From assembly GCA_963790025.1 (NCBI GenBank), contig CAWBMP010000004.1, positions 1,280,001 to 1,344,000 on the forward strand: 64,000 bases of DNA, in the 5' to 3' direction. Under the pieces are notes generated by a model, which saw nothing but the letters and a program-made list of their open reading frames with translations, was not told the origin of the DNA and did no database searches. This DNA is from Nitrospirota bacterium (GTDB lineage Bacteria > Nitrospirota > Thermodesulfovibrionia > Thermodesulfovibrionales > Dissulfurispiraceae). Every line of letters begins with the position of its first letter. Positions within the stretch are counted from its first letter, which is position 1. This document shows positions 37,854 to 49,400 of the stretch, piece after piece. The position numbers and the translations under genes were made by a program.

Positions 37854-39671
37854 TTACCTTAAAGCGGACACGTTTTTCATGAATTTGTGCACTTTTTCGC
37901 TTACCTCCTTAGGCCCTTTCACTGACGCCAAGCACCTTTTCCCGAAACACAAATAAAGAGCCTCCTCAAAGGGATAGCCGAGACTTGCAATCTTTGCCCT
38001 ATCTTTTTTCATCGACAGAATCCTGATTACCTTTTCCGGCATAAATATGATCTTCACCTCTGAAAGGAACCTCTCTGGCCTTTCCCTGGCGACAATAAGA
38101 ATCTCAAACGGGTCTTGAAACTCCCATCTTATGGTGCTCCCGCAAACTGCCGCAGCGGGGCCGAACCTCTCACAGCTCTTTTTCATGGCAGCGATGGCCG
38201 CGTCACCGGCCCACTTCAGGCTTAAATCACCTTGTTGACGAAAAAGCCTCTGGAGAAGCGCTGCAGCATGGAAATTTGACAAGGCGGAATTATATTCAAG
38301 CAACCTGCCGGGTGTAGACGGCTCAACAAGCATTGTCCCGAGATAGGGCCTGAACCCGCCATTTACGCGGTTAGTGAACTTCTCTACCAGAAGTCGTCCT
38401 ATATCTGAAGATACAGATATATAGGTCTTTGCTCCAGTTACATAATAAAGATCCATAAGCGCCTGACCAAAGAGGGCATTATCATCAAGAAAACCCTTCA
38501 GACCCTTCTCGCCCTTGCGGTAGAAACGAGAGACTCCGTCCTCCGGAGAATAAAGGTTCCGAAGCATAGAATCTGCAGCGGTGGTTGCATATTTAAGGTA
38601 AGTGCCCCGTCCCGTTGCACCGTAAGCTGCCACAAGGGCACTAATCATCCGGGCGTTAGGACCGGCATAGAACATAGTGTCAATATTTGGGGCTCTAAGG
38701 CCGGCACGTTTTCCGGATGTGTAATAGTGCTCATCTGCGTCTTGGCTTCCGTAAAAGAGGCCTTCTTGGGGGTCAAAGAAAGTTCTTATTATATAGTCCA
38801 TCGTCTCAACCGTGATTTTCTTATAAAGTGGCTTTCTGAAAACCTGGTAAGCAAAAGCGTAATTCCTTCCGATCTCCGCATTCAGATCAAGCATTTTTTC
38901 AAAATGAGGCGCTGACCAGTTGCTCCGCGTAGCGTATCGGAAGAAGCCGCCCTCCACGGCATCATGAATCTCTCCCCGCCCCATCTCGTCCAGCGTCTTT
39001 ACAATAATCTCTTTCGCTTCAACATCTCCTCTTCGAACAAATTCCGACAAGAGAAAATTGACAGCATCCGGATTCGGAAATTTCTGAGGTCCGCTGAAAC
39101 CCCCATATTTGTGGTCGAATTCTGATTTGAGAAATCCGACTGTTTTTTCGATATCAGACTGGCCCTGTGGAGAGATATTACTGTCCGAGGCCTCTTCCTC
39201 TTTTTCCCTTTCGTCCTTCCTGACAAATTGTTCCTGATAAAGGACAAGCGACCTCTTTAGCCATGAAATCATCTCATCAGACGGTATATAGGTGCCGCCA
39301 TGGATGATATCTCCAGCAGCTGTAAGCACCAGGGTGCTTGGCCAGCCCCCTTGGTTATAAAATGTGTCGATATCTGGCCTGATATCCGCATCGACCCTTA
39401 CCGGAATGAAGTTCTCGTTGATAAACCGTATTACGGCATCATCGGAATAGGTTGTTTCATCCATCACGTGACACCAGTGACACCATACCGCGCTCAATGA
39501 AAGAAGGATGGGCTTGTTATTCCTCTTCGCCTTCTCCAACGTATCCGTGTTCCACAATCGCCATTGAATAAGACCGGCCCTATTGAAATGCGGGGAGAAC
39601 CTGAAATCGGCCGCTGTGACCTGATCTAAGATGAAAAGGACGCAGAAAATAGTTAAGAAAAAACTCTTCAT
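37854..39671 (-). CDS. Thioredoxin domain-containing protein (DUF255/YyaL/SPATA20 family), signal peptide
   Basis: WCHWCHVMD, GGWP, GGFFRYAT, PHFEKML. Confidence 0.85.
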   Translation of the reverse strand: MKSFFLTIFCVLFILDQVTAADFRFSPHFNRAGLIQWRLWNTDTLEKAKRNNKPILLSLSAVWCHWCHVMDETTYSDDAVIRFINENFIPVRVDADIRPDIDTFYNQGGWPSTLVLTAAGDIIHGGTYIPSDEMISWLKRSLVLYQEQFVRKDEREKEEEASDSNISPQGQSDIEKTVGFLKSEFDHKYGGFSGPQKFPNPDAVNFLLSEFVRRGDVEAKEIIVKTLDEMGRGEIHDAVEGGFFRYATRSNWSAPHFEKMLDLNAEIGRNYAFAYQVFRKPLYKKITVETMDYIIRTFFDPQEGLFYGSQDADEHYYTSGKRAGLRAPNIDTMFYAGPNARMISALVAAYGATGRGTYLKYATTAADSMLRNLYSPEDGVSRFYRKGEKGLKGFLDDNALFGQALMDLYYVTGAKTYISVSSDIGRLLVEKFTNRVNGGFRPYLGTMLVEPSTPGRLLEYNSALSNFHAAALLQRLFRQQGDLSLKWAGDAAIAAMKKSCERFGPAAAVCGSTIRWEFQDPFEILIVARERPERFLSEVKIIFMPEKVIRILSMKKDRAKIASLGYPFEEALYLCFGKRCLASVKGPKEVSEKVHKFMKNVSALR

Positions 39672-39864
39672 ATATTAATATATACCATACCTCGACAGCA
39701 GCTCTACACAATGACAACTCTCGGCTGATTGCCGATGTCTCACCTATTGCTAACCGAGAGTTTCAAAAAACGCTGGAAGTGGAGCAAAGTGAAATTTAAA
39801 AAAATCGGTTTCTCCAGAATGTCGATATTTATAATAAAAAGGCATTTCCTGATATAATGCTGCA

Positions 39865-40347
39865 GTGAAGAGAACAGAGCATTCAAAAGGCGGTCTTCTC
39901 ATCGTTGCTTTCTTTGAAGCGGCCAAAGGACTGCTTGTTTTGGTTACCGGTTTCGGTCTGCTGGCGTTTATTCATAAAGACCTTCACTTGGCTGCCATGC
40001 AGCTTGTTCGATACTTGCATATAAATCCTGCCAGACACTATCCCCAGATTTTCATCGATGCAGCCGATCACTTGGACGATGTGCACCTTCGGGTACTGGC
40101 CTTTTCAGCTTTGCTTTATTCAGCAGTTCGCATCGTCGAAGCTTTTGGTTTGTGGAAGCAGCGGCAGTGGGCCAAATGGTTTGCTCTTTTGACCGGTGGG
40201 ATATACATTCCTGTCGAACTATTCGCGATCACGCGCAGAGTGACCTGGCCTAAAGTTGCCGTATTTATCGTTAATCTAGGCATCGTGGTATATATGGGTT
40301 ATGTTTTATACCGATCAAGACAAAGCAGCAAACATGCCAAACGATAA
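39865..40347 (+). CDS. DUF2127-like membrane protein
   Basis: FEAAKG, EAFGLW...WAKW, YIPVE, VNLGIVVY. Confidence 0.75.
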   Translation: MKRTEHSKGGLLIVAFFEAAKGLLVLVTGFGLLAFIHKDLHLAAMQLVRYLHINPARHYPQIFIDAADHLDDVHLRVLAFSALLYSAVRIVEAFGLWKQRQWAKWFALLTGGIYIPVELFAITRRVTWPKVAVFIVNLGIVVYMGYVLYRSRQSSKHAKR

Positions 40348-40665
40348 TTGCCATCTAAGTTGCCCCATATAAATTATGCAGCATCATTGCAGTCCACGAA
40401 TAGTTTCATTTGATGCAATAAAATTCTCCCTCGCATTGTGACCATTTTTCTTCGATAGTGTCAAGTATTTTTCGCTTTTTATCTCATGACCCGACTCCTG
40501 CAGTATTTATGGGGAAGCGTTCAAATAAGCTTCCTTACTGTAACAAACAGTCCTGAGAGTTGCTATAATTATGTATGTTTCGAACGCTGATCGATAAGTT
40601 TCTCCAGAACAGACGCCCGTATAGTAACGATTGTTTTAGTAATAAATGAGAAAGGAGAACGGCAG

Positions 40666-41199
40666 ATGCAGGCACGCGGACCACTCATGATAGAGCACCG
40701 CCTTATTGAACGGATGCTCTCTATAATTCAGGCTACTCTGGTGAACGTTGAAGAAACCCAGAAAATTGATCCCCTCTTTATTGACAAGGCCATTGACTTT
40801 ATCATGACTTATGCTGACCGGACTCACCACGGTAAAGAAGAAGATATTTTGTTTAAGGACTTGAATAAAAAAGACTTGTCAGATATAGATCGTAAAGTTA
40901 TGAACGAGCTAATTGAAGAACATGTTTTCGGCCGGAGCACCACCAAGGCCCTGGTCGAGGCAAATGACCGCTATCGAAACGGCGACACCTCGGCCCTTGG
41001 AGATATTGTGAGTTGTATGCATACACTCGTGGATTTCTACCCAAAACATATCGAAAAAGAGGACACAGTTTTCTTCGCTGCCTCCCGTAAATACTTTACA
41101 GAAGCGGAGGACCAGGCAATGCTCGCCGAGTTTTGGGATTTCGATCGACGAATAATACACGAGAAATATAAGGCTGTTGTTGCTGATTTAGAAAAATGA
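40666..41199 (+). CDS. Hemerythrin/HHE cation-binding protein
   Basis: EHRLI, HHGKEEDILF, EEH, HIEKED.VFF. Confidence 0.9.
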   Translation: MQARGPLMIEHRLIERMLSIIQATLVNVEETQKIDPLFIDKAIDFIMTYADRTHHGKEEDILFKDLNKKDLSDIDRKVMNELIEEHVFGRSTTKALVEANDRYRNGDTSALGDIVSCMHTLVDFYPKHIEKEDTVFFAASRKYFTEAEDQAMLAEFWDFDRRIIHEKYKAVVADLEK

Positions 41200-41417
41200 C
41201 GATCAGATACTTCCTGAAGTGTTGTGAGTAGTGTATGAGGTCCTGAGAGTCTCACATTTTTTCTAAAAAAGAAGGGGCGACGACAGAGTGCTGGAGGCAA
41301 TAAGGATGAGGCGATCGATTATAAAAATGGGCCGTCTCATTAAAATTCATCTGACACTTTAACCGGAGCGATCGAGTAAAGTGATCGTGCACTCTATATC
41401 GAAGATGGAAAAATAGC

Positions 41418-41747
41418 GTGGAATTCAAATACTATCTTTATTTTTTGATCGGTGGGGCCATCGTAAGTTTAGTTACTTATTTCGCAAGTCACGCCAAACC
41501 TCTTCTGGCGGCTTTCTTTGCCACTATGCCGATCATCACAATCATCACATTTCTGAGTATTTATCATGAAGTCGGCGAGAAAGCCATTGCACCATATGCT
41601 AAGGGTTTGATTATTATGATGCTCCCATGGATGATTTATATTTTCTCAATTATTTTATTGACGTCAAGAGTTGGTTTTTTACCCTCGCTCATAACAGGGT
41701 ATGTTCTTTATATTGCAGTTGCCTTTATAATTTTGAAAAAATTATAA
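41418..41747 (+). CDS. Small 4-TM membrane protein (DUF3147/GlpM-like)
   Basis: FLIGG.IV...AAFFATMP; hydrophobic. Confidence 0.65.
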   Translation: MEFKYYLYFLIGGAIVSLVTYFASHAKPLLAAFFATMPIITIITFLSIYHEVGEKAIAPYAKGLIIMMLPWMIYIFSIILLTSRVGFLPSLITGYVLYIAVAFIILKKL

Positions 41748-42009
41748 GATTGTTGCGTCCTGTAAAGATAACAAGAAAAGAGGCACCGGACACCTGGCAC
41801 TGGCTCCTCCCTAACAGAAATTTTTGATTGTATTATTATTGTTCAGATTACAATCCTTTGTTTATAGGGCATAATAATGTGGAACGTGCTCGGGTTGAGA
41901 GATAAGTATTGTGACCCCATAATTACTATGAAGAAAGTTAGGAAAGAGAATATGGGACTCTCAAGTGCGACGGAACGGGCCACAGCTACAATGACAGCAC
42001 GGTTTGTCT

Positions 42010-42277
42010 TCATTCTCACTTTCGTATTAGCCCCGTATGTCTCAGGAAAGACTTCTACGAAGCACACAAGGATCCAGTACACAAAAGTATGGAGAACATG
42101 CGCAGGGAACCCCGGGGTAGGCAGATCCTTATGCTTTTCCATGTTAACAGGCTCGTGCCATTCAAACCCTCATATATTGACAGTGTTCAAGTATTGCTGA
42201 GGGAGCACCAGAATCTCAAGATCAAGATTGCAAAGAAGAAATTAGAGAAATGCAATGAGGAAATGGAATTCCGGTGA
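42010..42277 (+). pseudogene. C-terminal remnant resembling a PhnD/SsuA-like substrate-binding protein
   Basis: CLRKDF...PRGRQILMLFHVNRLVPFKPSY; no intact 5' part. Confidence 0.35.
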
Positions 42278-42408
42278 CACAATACTTAATTCGACTTTTA
42301 CAACGGAGTCATCAAATTATTAATTATATATGTGGATTTAATCAATTTGTCTAATATAATGCAGTTTGCTATTATGGTATAAAAAATAGCCCGAGAGGAG
42401 GCAATCTT

Positions 42409-42828
42409 ATGAAAGACACGTTACAGCCTGGACTAACATACGAGTTTAGATTCACGGTCCCGGAGAACAAGACTGTACCTTTTCTTTATCCTGAATCACC
42501 GGAGTTTCAGGTGATGCCGAAAGTGCTGGCAACGGGATTCATGGTGGGACTCTTTGAATGGGCTTGCATCAAAGCTATAAATCCCTATTTGGATTGGCCG
42601 AAAGAGCAGACGGTTGGGACAGGCATCTGTTTGAGCCACATTGCCGCTACTCCACCCGGTCTTACTGTAACAGTGAAGGTGCACCTGGATAACCTGGAGG
42701 GACGAAAACTCACGTTTTCTGTAACAGGGCATGATGGAGTGGATAAAATTTCAGAAGGCACCCATGAGAGATTCGTGATTGATGCTGCCAAATTTGACAA
42801 AAAGGTGGGGGAAAAGGCAAGAATTTGA
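42409..42828 (+). CDS. Fluoroacetyl-CoA thioesterase-like hot-dog protein (FlK)
   Basis: VLATGFMVGLFE, TVGT...SHIAATPPG, GTHERF. Confidence 0.85.
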   Translation: MKDTLQPGLTYEFRFTVPENKTVPFLYPESPEFQVMPKVLATGFMVGLFEWACIKAINPYLDWPKEQTVGTGICLSHIAATPPGLTVTVKVHLDNLEGRKLTFSVTGHDGVDKISEGTHERFVIDAAKFDKKVGEKARI

Positions 42829-42986
42829 GAGGTCAACATGATGATTATCAAAAGTACTCATAACAGTGAGCGTGATAATCCATGGTGTTGTCTTCTGTCA
42901 ACTATTGGTTCTTTTCATCTGCGCTCTGCAGATGATATTTCCTTCAGACAAGAGATATAAAGAAGGCACATACAGAGAGGAATATA

Positions 42987-43451
42987 TTAAACTATTATTT
43001 CAGGTATGATCATCCACTGCAGCGACCACGCCAGATTTTCATACCGTTTAAGGCATACCACCCCTGCCATCCTGAAAAAAATCACATTTTTATCGGCATC
43101 TCCGCAAAGCAATAAGGAGGCAAGTTTTCCGAGATGAGGAAGATGTCCCACAAGCATCAAATTATCGGTCATCGTTTTTAAACGCTCTGCCCATATAGCA
43201 GGATCATCATCAGGTTTCAACCCGTCAGTTTCCGTGGGGCCTGTCAGCGGCCTCAAGTAGTCAGCCAGTATCTGCGCTGTTTGTTTTGCTCTTAACCTGG
43301 GACTATGATATATTTCAGTGACACTGATGTTCAGCCCCGATGCATAAGATGCCATCTTTGTAATATCGGCCACTCCCTTCTCGCAAAGAGGTCTTGCCGC
43401 ATCCACTTCTTCGTTTATAGCTTTAGCATGCTGTATCAGGCAAACAAACAT
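42987..43451 (-). CDS. sixA: Phosphohistidine phosphatase
   Basis: LIQHAKA, HSPRLRAKQTA, LVGHLP; AAAGGAG SD before ATG 43451. Confidence 0.85.
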   Translation of the reverse strand: MFVCLIQHAKAINEEVDAARPLCEKGVADITKMASYASGLNISVTEIYHSPRLRAKQTAQILADYLRPLTGPTETDGLKPDDDPAIWAERLKTMTDNLMLVGHLPHLGKLASLLLCGDADKNVIFFRMAGVVCLKRYENLAWSLQWMIIPEIIV

Positions 43452-43468
43452 AAGAACTCCTTTCATGC

Positions 43469-44614
43469 TCAAGAATCTTGGCCATCTCCTGCCTTCCTTC
43501 TGTCTTCAGCTCTTCTGTCTTCACCTTTTCGCCGATCGCAGCATAAAGCCGATCCCTTCGAAAGTATCTGCAACATATCGTCCGGCATAGGAGAATAGTT
43601 GATCGCATCTTCAGAGGATATCATGCCTTTTGTGTAAAGATCGTACAAAGACAGGTTCATCGTCTGCATGCCGGACCGTCCCTGCCCTGCCTGCATTAAC
43701 GGATAAATCTGTTGAAGCTTACCTTCGCGTATCAGACTCCTCACGGCGGGCGTTATCAGGAGAATTTCGAGTGCCAGCACCCTGCCGTTGCTATTGATGC
43801 TCGGGATTAGCCGCTGCGATATAATACATTCGAGCACGGAAGACAACTGAAGCCGGACCTGCTCCTGCTGGTGGGGCGGAAATGCGTCCACTATGCGGTT
43901 GATCGTCTGAATGGCCGAACTGGTATGGAGTGTTGTCAGAATGAGTTGTCCGGTCCCTGCAAGGCTTATAGCAGCCTCCATGGTGCCGGCGTCGTACATC
44001 TCGCCGATGAAGACAATATCGGGGTCCTGATGCATTATATTTTTTAAAGCATATTTAAACGACGTGGTATCTGAATTGACCTCTCTTTGATTGACAAGGC
44101 ATTTCTTATGGTTGTGCAGAAATTCTATCGGGTCCTCGACAGTGACGATATGCGCTTCGCGCTCGGAGTTGATCCTGTCAATTATTGATGCCATAGTAGT
44201 TGATTTTCCGCTTCCGGCAGGACCGGTCACGAGAATGAGTCCATGCGGTTTCTTCAACAGGTCCGCAAGCATCTCCGGCAGGCCCAACTCTTTGAATGAT
44301 TTGATTTCGAAAGGTATCGCCCTGAACGCGCCCGCAACAGCGCCTCTTTGCATAAAAATATTGGCCCTGAATCGGCTCAGCCCCTTTATGCCGAAAGAAA
44401 TATCAAGCTCACTGTTTTGTTCCAGCTTGTTCTTTTGCAGGTCTGTCAGAATGCTGCAACAAAGCGGCCGAGTATCATCCGGCGTCAGCGTCGGGGAGTC
44501 CTCAAAGGGTACGAGCCGGTCAACAATTCTCAGCATCGGAGGGCTGCCGGTAGTTATATGGAGATCGGAGGCCCCCTGTTCTATCATCCGTTTCAGAAAA
44601 TCATAAATATCCAT
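43469..44614 (-). CDS. pilT: Type IV pilus retraction ATPase PilT paralogue with degenerate motifs
   Basis: ASDLH, GPAGSGKST, EDPIE, NQREV, AVRSLIRE; altered GEMYD and AGTGQL. Confidence 0.8.
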   Translation of the reverse strand: MDIYDFLKRMIEQGASDLHITTGSPPMLRIVDRLVPFEDSPTLTPDDTRPLCCSILTDLQKNKLEQNSELDISFGIKGLSRFRANIFMQRGAVAGAFRAIPFEIKSFKELGLPEMLADLLKKPHGLILVTGPAGSGKSTTMASIIDRINSEREAHIVTVEDPIEFLHNHKKCLVNQREVNSDTTSFKYALKNIMHQDPDIVFIGEMYDAGTMEAAISLAGTGQLILTTLHTSSAIQTINRIVDAFPPHQQEQVRLQLSSVLECIISQRLIPSINSNGRVLALEILLITPAVRSLIREGKLQQIYPLMQAGQGRSGMQTMNLSLYDLYTKGMISSEDAINYSPMPDDMLQILSKGSALCCDRRKGEDRRAEDRRKAGDGQDS

Positions 44615-44634
44615 AATTAGCTCACAGTAGACCG

Positions 44635-46383
44635 TCAGTCTTCAAATGTGACCCTCAGTATCTCGTCGATCGAAGTGGTCCCGTCCAGCACTTTTTGGAT
44701 GGCGCTCCGGCGCAGTGTCGACATCCCCAACCGTACCGCCTCTTTTTTGATCTCGACTGTGGATGCGCCCTGCAGGATCAGTTCTCTCACATCTTCCTTA
44801 ATAGGCATAACCTCGTATAGCGCTATCCTGCCTTTGTATCCCGTGTTATTGCACTCAGAACACCCCAATCCTATATAACATTGGGCATTAGATATTTCCT
44901 CAGGCGTCATCCCGACTTTTAGAAGGGCTGTTTCCGAGATCGTTTGCTCTTCTTTACAGTTCAGGCATATCTTTCGTGCGAGCCTTTGCGCAAGCACAAT
45001 TATGACCGATGAGGATACCAAAAGAGGCTCAATTCCCATATTAATCAGCCTGGTAACTGTGCTCGGCGCGTCATTGGTATGTATCGTGCTCAAAACCAAA
45101 TGGCCGGTGAGAGCGGCTTTTATTGCAATCTCAGCGGTTTCAAAGTCCCTGATTTCCCCCACCATTATAATATCAGGGTCCTGGCGCAGAAAAGACCTGA
45201 GAGCAGCGGCAAAAGTAAGGCCTATATCCTCCCGTATGTGCACCTGGTTGATACCGAAAAAATTGTATTCCACCGGGTCCTCGGCCGTCATTATATTCAC
45301 TCCGGGCTTGTTGAGCTGTGATAGCGCGGAATACAGTGTAGTTGTCTTGCCGCTTCCGGTCGGTCCGGTGACCAATATCATGCCGTAGGGTTTTTCGATT
45401 GCATCCATAAAATGCTGAAGCGGTTTTTCTTCAAATCCTAATTTTGTAAGGTCCAATTGCAGACTTGACTTATCGAGGAGCCTCAAAACCACCTTTTCAC
45501 CCCAGAGTGTAGGAAGAGTGGAGACCCTGAAGTCTATTTCCCTGTCTTCACCGAATTTGAGTTTTATCCTGCCATCCTGCGGAAGTCGGCGTTCTGAAAT
45601 ATCGAGATGTGACATGATTTTCAGTCGCGATGTCAGGGCATTTTTAATCTTGACCGGAAGCTTCAGGACCGGCTGCAATACTCCATCCGTCCTATATCGT
45701 ACGCGGACGAGAGTTTCGGAGGGTTCTATATGGATGTCACTCGTACCCGCTTTTATGGCATTCATCAAGATGCCGTTCGCCAGCTTTACGATGGGGGCAT
45801 CAACTTCCCTGGGAAAGTCCTTGTCATCTTTTTCCTCAACTACTGTTAAATCCTCAAGAGCGCTGCCTATGACCTTGTTCAGGTCCTCGATTTCCAGCAG
45901 GTCCTTTTGACCGGCACTGGAATTTTTTGCGGATGCCTTAACGGTATCTTTCTTGGGATAATATTTTTCTATGGCATCCATAATCATCGACTCTGCCGCC
46001 ACATGCACCGAAATTTTCATGCCTGTAAGGAATCTCACTTCATCTGTGGCGAAGTTATTTGAAGGGTCCACAACAGCAACCCTTAAGGCTGCACCGTCTT
46101 TAGAAATGGGGATGAGCTGGTATTTCCTGGCAGTTTCATAAGGAATGAGCTTGAGCAGGGAAGTGTCGATTTTGTAGTCCGAGAGGTTGATTGCGGGAGC
46201 ATTGTATTGCCTGCTCAGAAAAGTTATCAGGCTCTCCTCATTAATAATCCCGAGCTTGAGCAGGATTGAGCCAAGTCTTTTGCCTTCTATTTTCTGAAGA
46301 CGAACAGCCTCGTTAAGCTGTTCTTCTGTGATAAGTTTCGCTTTGAGCAGCAACTGTCCTAATAGAGATGTACCTACCGTCAC
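44635..46383 (-). CDS. pilB: Type IV-A pilus assembly ATPase with MshEN domain
   Basis: LGQLL...Q...RLGSIL; SDIHIEP, GPTGSGKTT, FLRQDPD, CxxC...CxxC Zn site. Confidence 0.95.
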   Translation of the reverse strand: MTVGTSLLGQLLLKAKLITEEQLNEAVRLQKIEGKRLGSILLKLGIINEESLITFLSRQYNAPAINLSDYKIDTSLLKLIPYETARKYQLIPISKDGAALRVAVVDPSNNFATDEVRFLTGMKISVHVAAESMIMDAIEKYYPKKDTVKASAKNSSAGQKDLLEIEDLNKVIGSALEDLTVVEEKDDKDFPREVDAPIVKLANGILMNAIKAGTSDIHIEPSETLVRVRYRTDGVLQPVLKLPVKIKNALTSRLKIMSHLDISERRLPQDGRIKLKFGEDREIDFRVSTLPTLWGEKVVLRLLDKSSLQLDLTKLGFEEKPLQHFMDAIEKPYGMILVTGPTGSGKTTTLYSALSQLNKPGVNIMTAEDPVEYNFFGINQVHIREDIGLTFAAALRSFLRQDPDIIMVGEIRDFETAEIAIKAALTGHLVLSTIHTNDAPSTVTRLINMGIEPLLVSSSVIIVLAQRLARKICLNCKEEQTISETALLKVGMTPEEISNAQCYIGLGCSECNNTGYKGRIALYEVMPIKEDVRELILQGASTVEIKKEAVRLGMSTLRRSAIQKVLDGTTSIDEILRVTFED

Positions 46384-46449
46384 TATTTAGGATAATTGAA
46401 AAAAAATATTAAAGTCAATTAAGATATCGGCGGCGAGGGACCAATCACT

Positions 46450-49400
46450 ATGGATGAAAAAATGGAAGGGTTAACTGAAAATACTATTTTGACTGAATTA
46501 TACCGCATCGGCGTTGCCCTTCTGTCTGCCGGCAGGCTGGAGGACGTCCTTGATACCCTTCTCGCTGAGGCGCTAAATACTATGAAGGCCCCTGCGGGAA
46601 GTGTCGCGCTTTATGACAAAGAAAGCGATTCGCTTACGATCAAGGCCCTCAGAGGGTTTTCGAAGGATTTCTCCCTCGTGCCCCACTGGAAAAGAAAGAG
46701 CGGCGGGATGACCGATGCAGTACTTAACAAAAAGACACCGCTGGTAGTTTCGAATATGGAGAAGTTCCCATTTATTGTCAACGACCTCCTTGTCAGGGAG
46801 GGGGTAAAGAGCGTCATCGCAACCCCGCTTTATGCCGATGACAGAGTGATCGGCATTTTATACATTGACGACTTTTCAAATCGGCCATGGCAGCGGAGAG
46901 AAGTGAAGTTTCTGACCCTCCTGGGCATACAGGCAGCTTACGCAATCGAAAAATTCAGACTTATCGGGGCCATCTCCGAAGCGAAGGCCTATCTCAAAAA
47001 TGTCCTTGATGATTCCGCTGATATCATAATTACTACCAATACCAAAAATGAAATTGTAGAATTCAACAGCAGCGCGGCGCGGAAACTCGGGTATACAAAG
47101 CAAGAGGCAGCTGGAATGGAGGTCGCTGAATTGTGGCTGAATCCCAGGGAGCGGCAGGAAGTAATGAAAATTCTTCGACAGAATGGATATGTTACAAATT
47201 ATGAGACGAAGCTTAAAACAAAGCAGGGGGGCATAATCGATGTAAGCCTGACGCTGTCTCTGCTCAAAAGCGGTGATGGAGAAGTGCTGGGCACGGTAGG
47301 AATCAGCAAGGACATCACCGAAAAAAAACGACTCGAAAAGGCCGTAGAAGAGCGAACCCTTGAACTGCTGGCGATGAATGAAAAACTGGAAGACAAAGTC
47401 TATGAAAGGACAAGGGATATCGAACTGGCGAACCAAAAGCTTGAAAGGTCCAATAAGCTGAAAAGCCGGTTTATCGCTACAATCAGTCATGAATTGAGGA
47501 CACCTCTTAATTCGATACTGGGTTTTTCCGAACTGCTGCTCGATGAGGTATCAGGCCCCCTTACTGAGCGGCAGAAACGGCAAGTAAATAATATTTACAG
47601 TTCAGGCACCCATCTGCTGCAACTGATAAATAATGTGCTGGACATAGCCAAAATAGAGTCAGGCAAAGTCGAACTTCATAATGAAAGTTTTTTGGTAAAG
47701 GATGCCGTTATAGAAGTCGAAGGGGTAATACGGTCCCTCGCCGATAAAAAGAATCAGGTTGTGAAGATAAAATCAGACGGCATTCCATTCATTGTGGCGG
47801 ACCGGATAAAATTCAAGCAGATACTTTACAATCTCCTTTCAAATGCAGTGAAATTTACCCCGGACGGAGGAACTATAACGATAGAAGCCGGGATCATAAC
47901 CGCTGCCGGTCTGCCGCTACAGGCAAGAAACCTTGCCGCCTCTCCGGAAAAGAACAGTTTTTTACGGCTTTCGGTGGCGGACACGGGTATCGGAATAAAA
48001 AATGAAGACCTGGACCGGGTTTTCGCTGACTTTGAACAGGGGGACAACAGCCTGTCGCGGAGATACGAGGGCACAGGCCTTGGCCTCGCCCTTACAAAGA
48101 GGCTTGTTGAATTGCATGACGGAGAAATTTTTGTCGAGAGCACGGAGGGAGAGGGATGCAAATTCACTCTGATTATCCCGATTGTTGACACAACAGAAGT
48201 CGAAGAAACCGTTCCTCTTCAGGCCGGGACCGAAACCGAGACGTTCATCCGTGATGAACTTGACCCGTCAAAGCGCAGAGGCGACCCGCCGTTTATTCTC
48301 GTTGTAGAAGATGATCTGTCGACCTCTGAAATATTGACGCTTTATCTTGCTCAGGGTGGATACCGCATCGCCCATGCATATAATGGGGATGAGACCCTCC
48401 GGCGTATGAGAGAAGTCAAGCCGTTTACTGTGCTGCTGGATGTTATGCTTCCGGGGAAAGACGGGTGGGAAGTATTGCAAGAGATAAAATCCGATCCTGA
48501 ATTGAAAGAAGTACCGGTCATCATATGCTCCGCCAGAGACAATAAAGAGCTCGGTTTCGCACTCGGTGCGTCCGACTATCTTGTAAAGCCTGTTGACAAG
48601 AAATCACTGCTCATGAAACTCGATGAATTGAGTTCTTGCGTAAATAAACGCAAGGGACAGATGACTGTATTATTGTGCATTGATGAGCATGACGACACCG
48701 TCAATCTTCTGGAATCCTTTCTTGAGCCTGCTCAATATACTGTTATTACAGCTTGTTCCGGACAGCAGGGAATCGAAATGGCGGTAAAACACGTTCCTGA
48801 TTTTATTGTCCTTGATCTCATGGTGTCCCAAACTGACGGGTTCGAAGTAATGCAGGCGCTTAAAAGCAACGTCGCGACTGCAGACATACCGATCCTCGCC
48901 GTCACCTCAAAAGACCTTACCGTTCATGAGAGGCTGGCGCTCATGGGGAAAGTAGAGAAATATATTCGGAATAACAATTTCACCAAAGAAGACCTGCTGA
49001 TGCATATAAGAGATCTTGAGGTAACGTATCCTGCACGGGCGGGCCTTGTTGACGAAGTCAGCGGATTGTTTGACAACTGCTATTATCATCTGCGCCTTCA
49101 GCAGGAAATAGGCAGAACAAGCAGGTTTAATGGCACTTTTAGTGCCCTTGTGCTCGACCTCGACAATTTTACCGAGTACATAAGAGCTCATGGAATACGC
49201 CGGGCAAATATTTGTATTCGGAAGATAGCAGAGTTTCTGAGGAAAAGTCTGCGCGGTTCGGATGTTATCGCCAGGTACGGTATCGATGAATTTGCATCAA
49301 TGCTTGCCAACACCCCTAAAAGCGGGGCAGAAATCGTTGCAAAGCGGTTGTTGACCTACATTGAGAGCTACCCTTTTTATGGCGAAGAAGTAATGCCACA

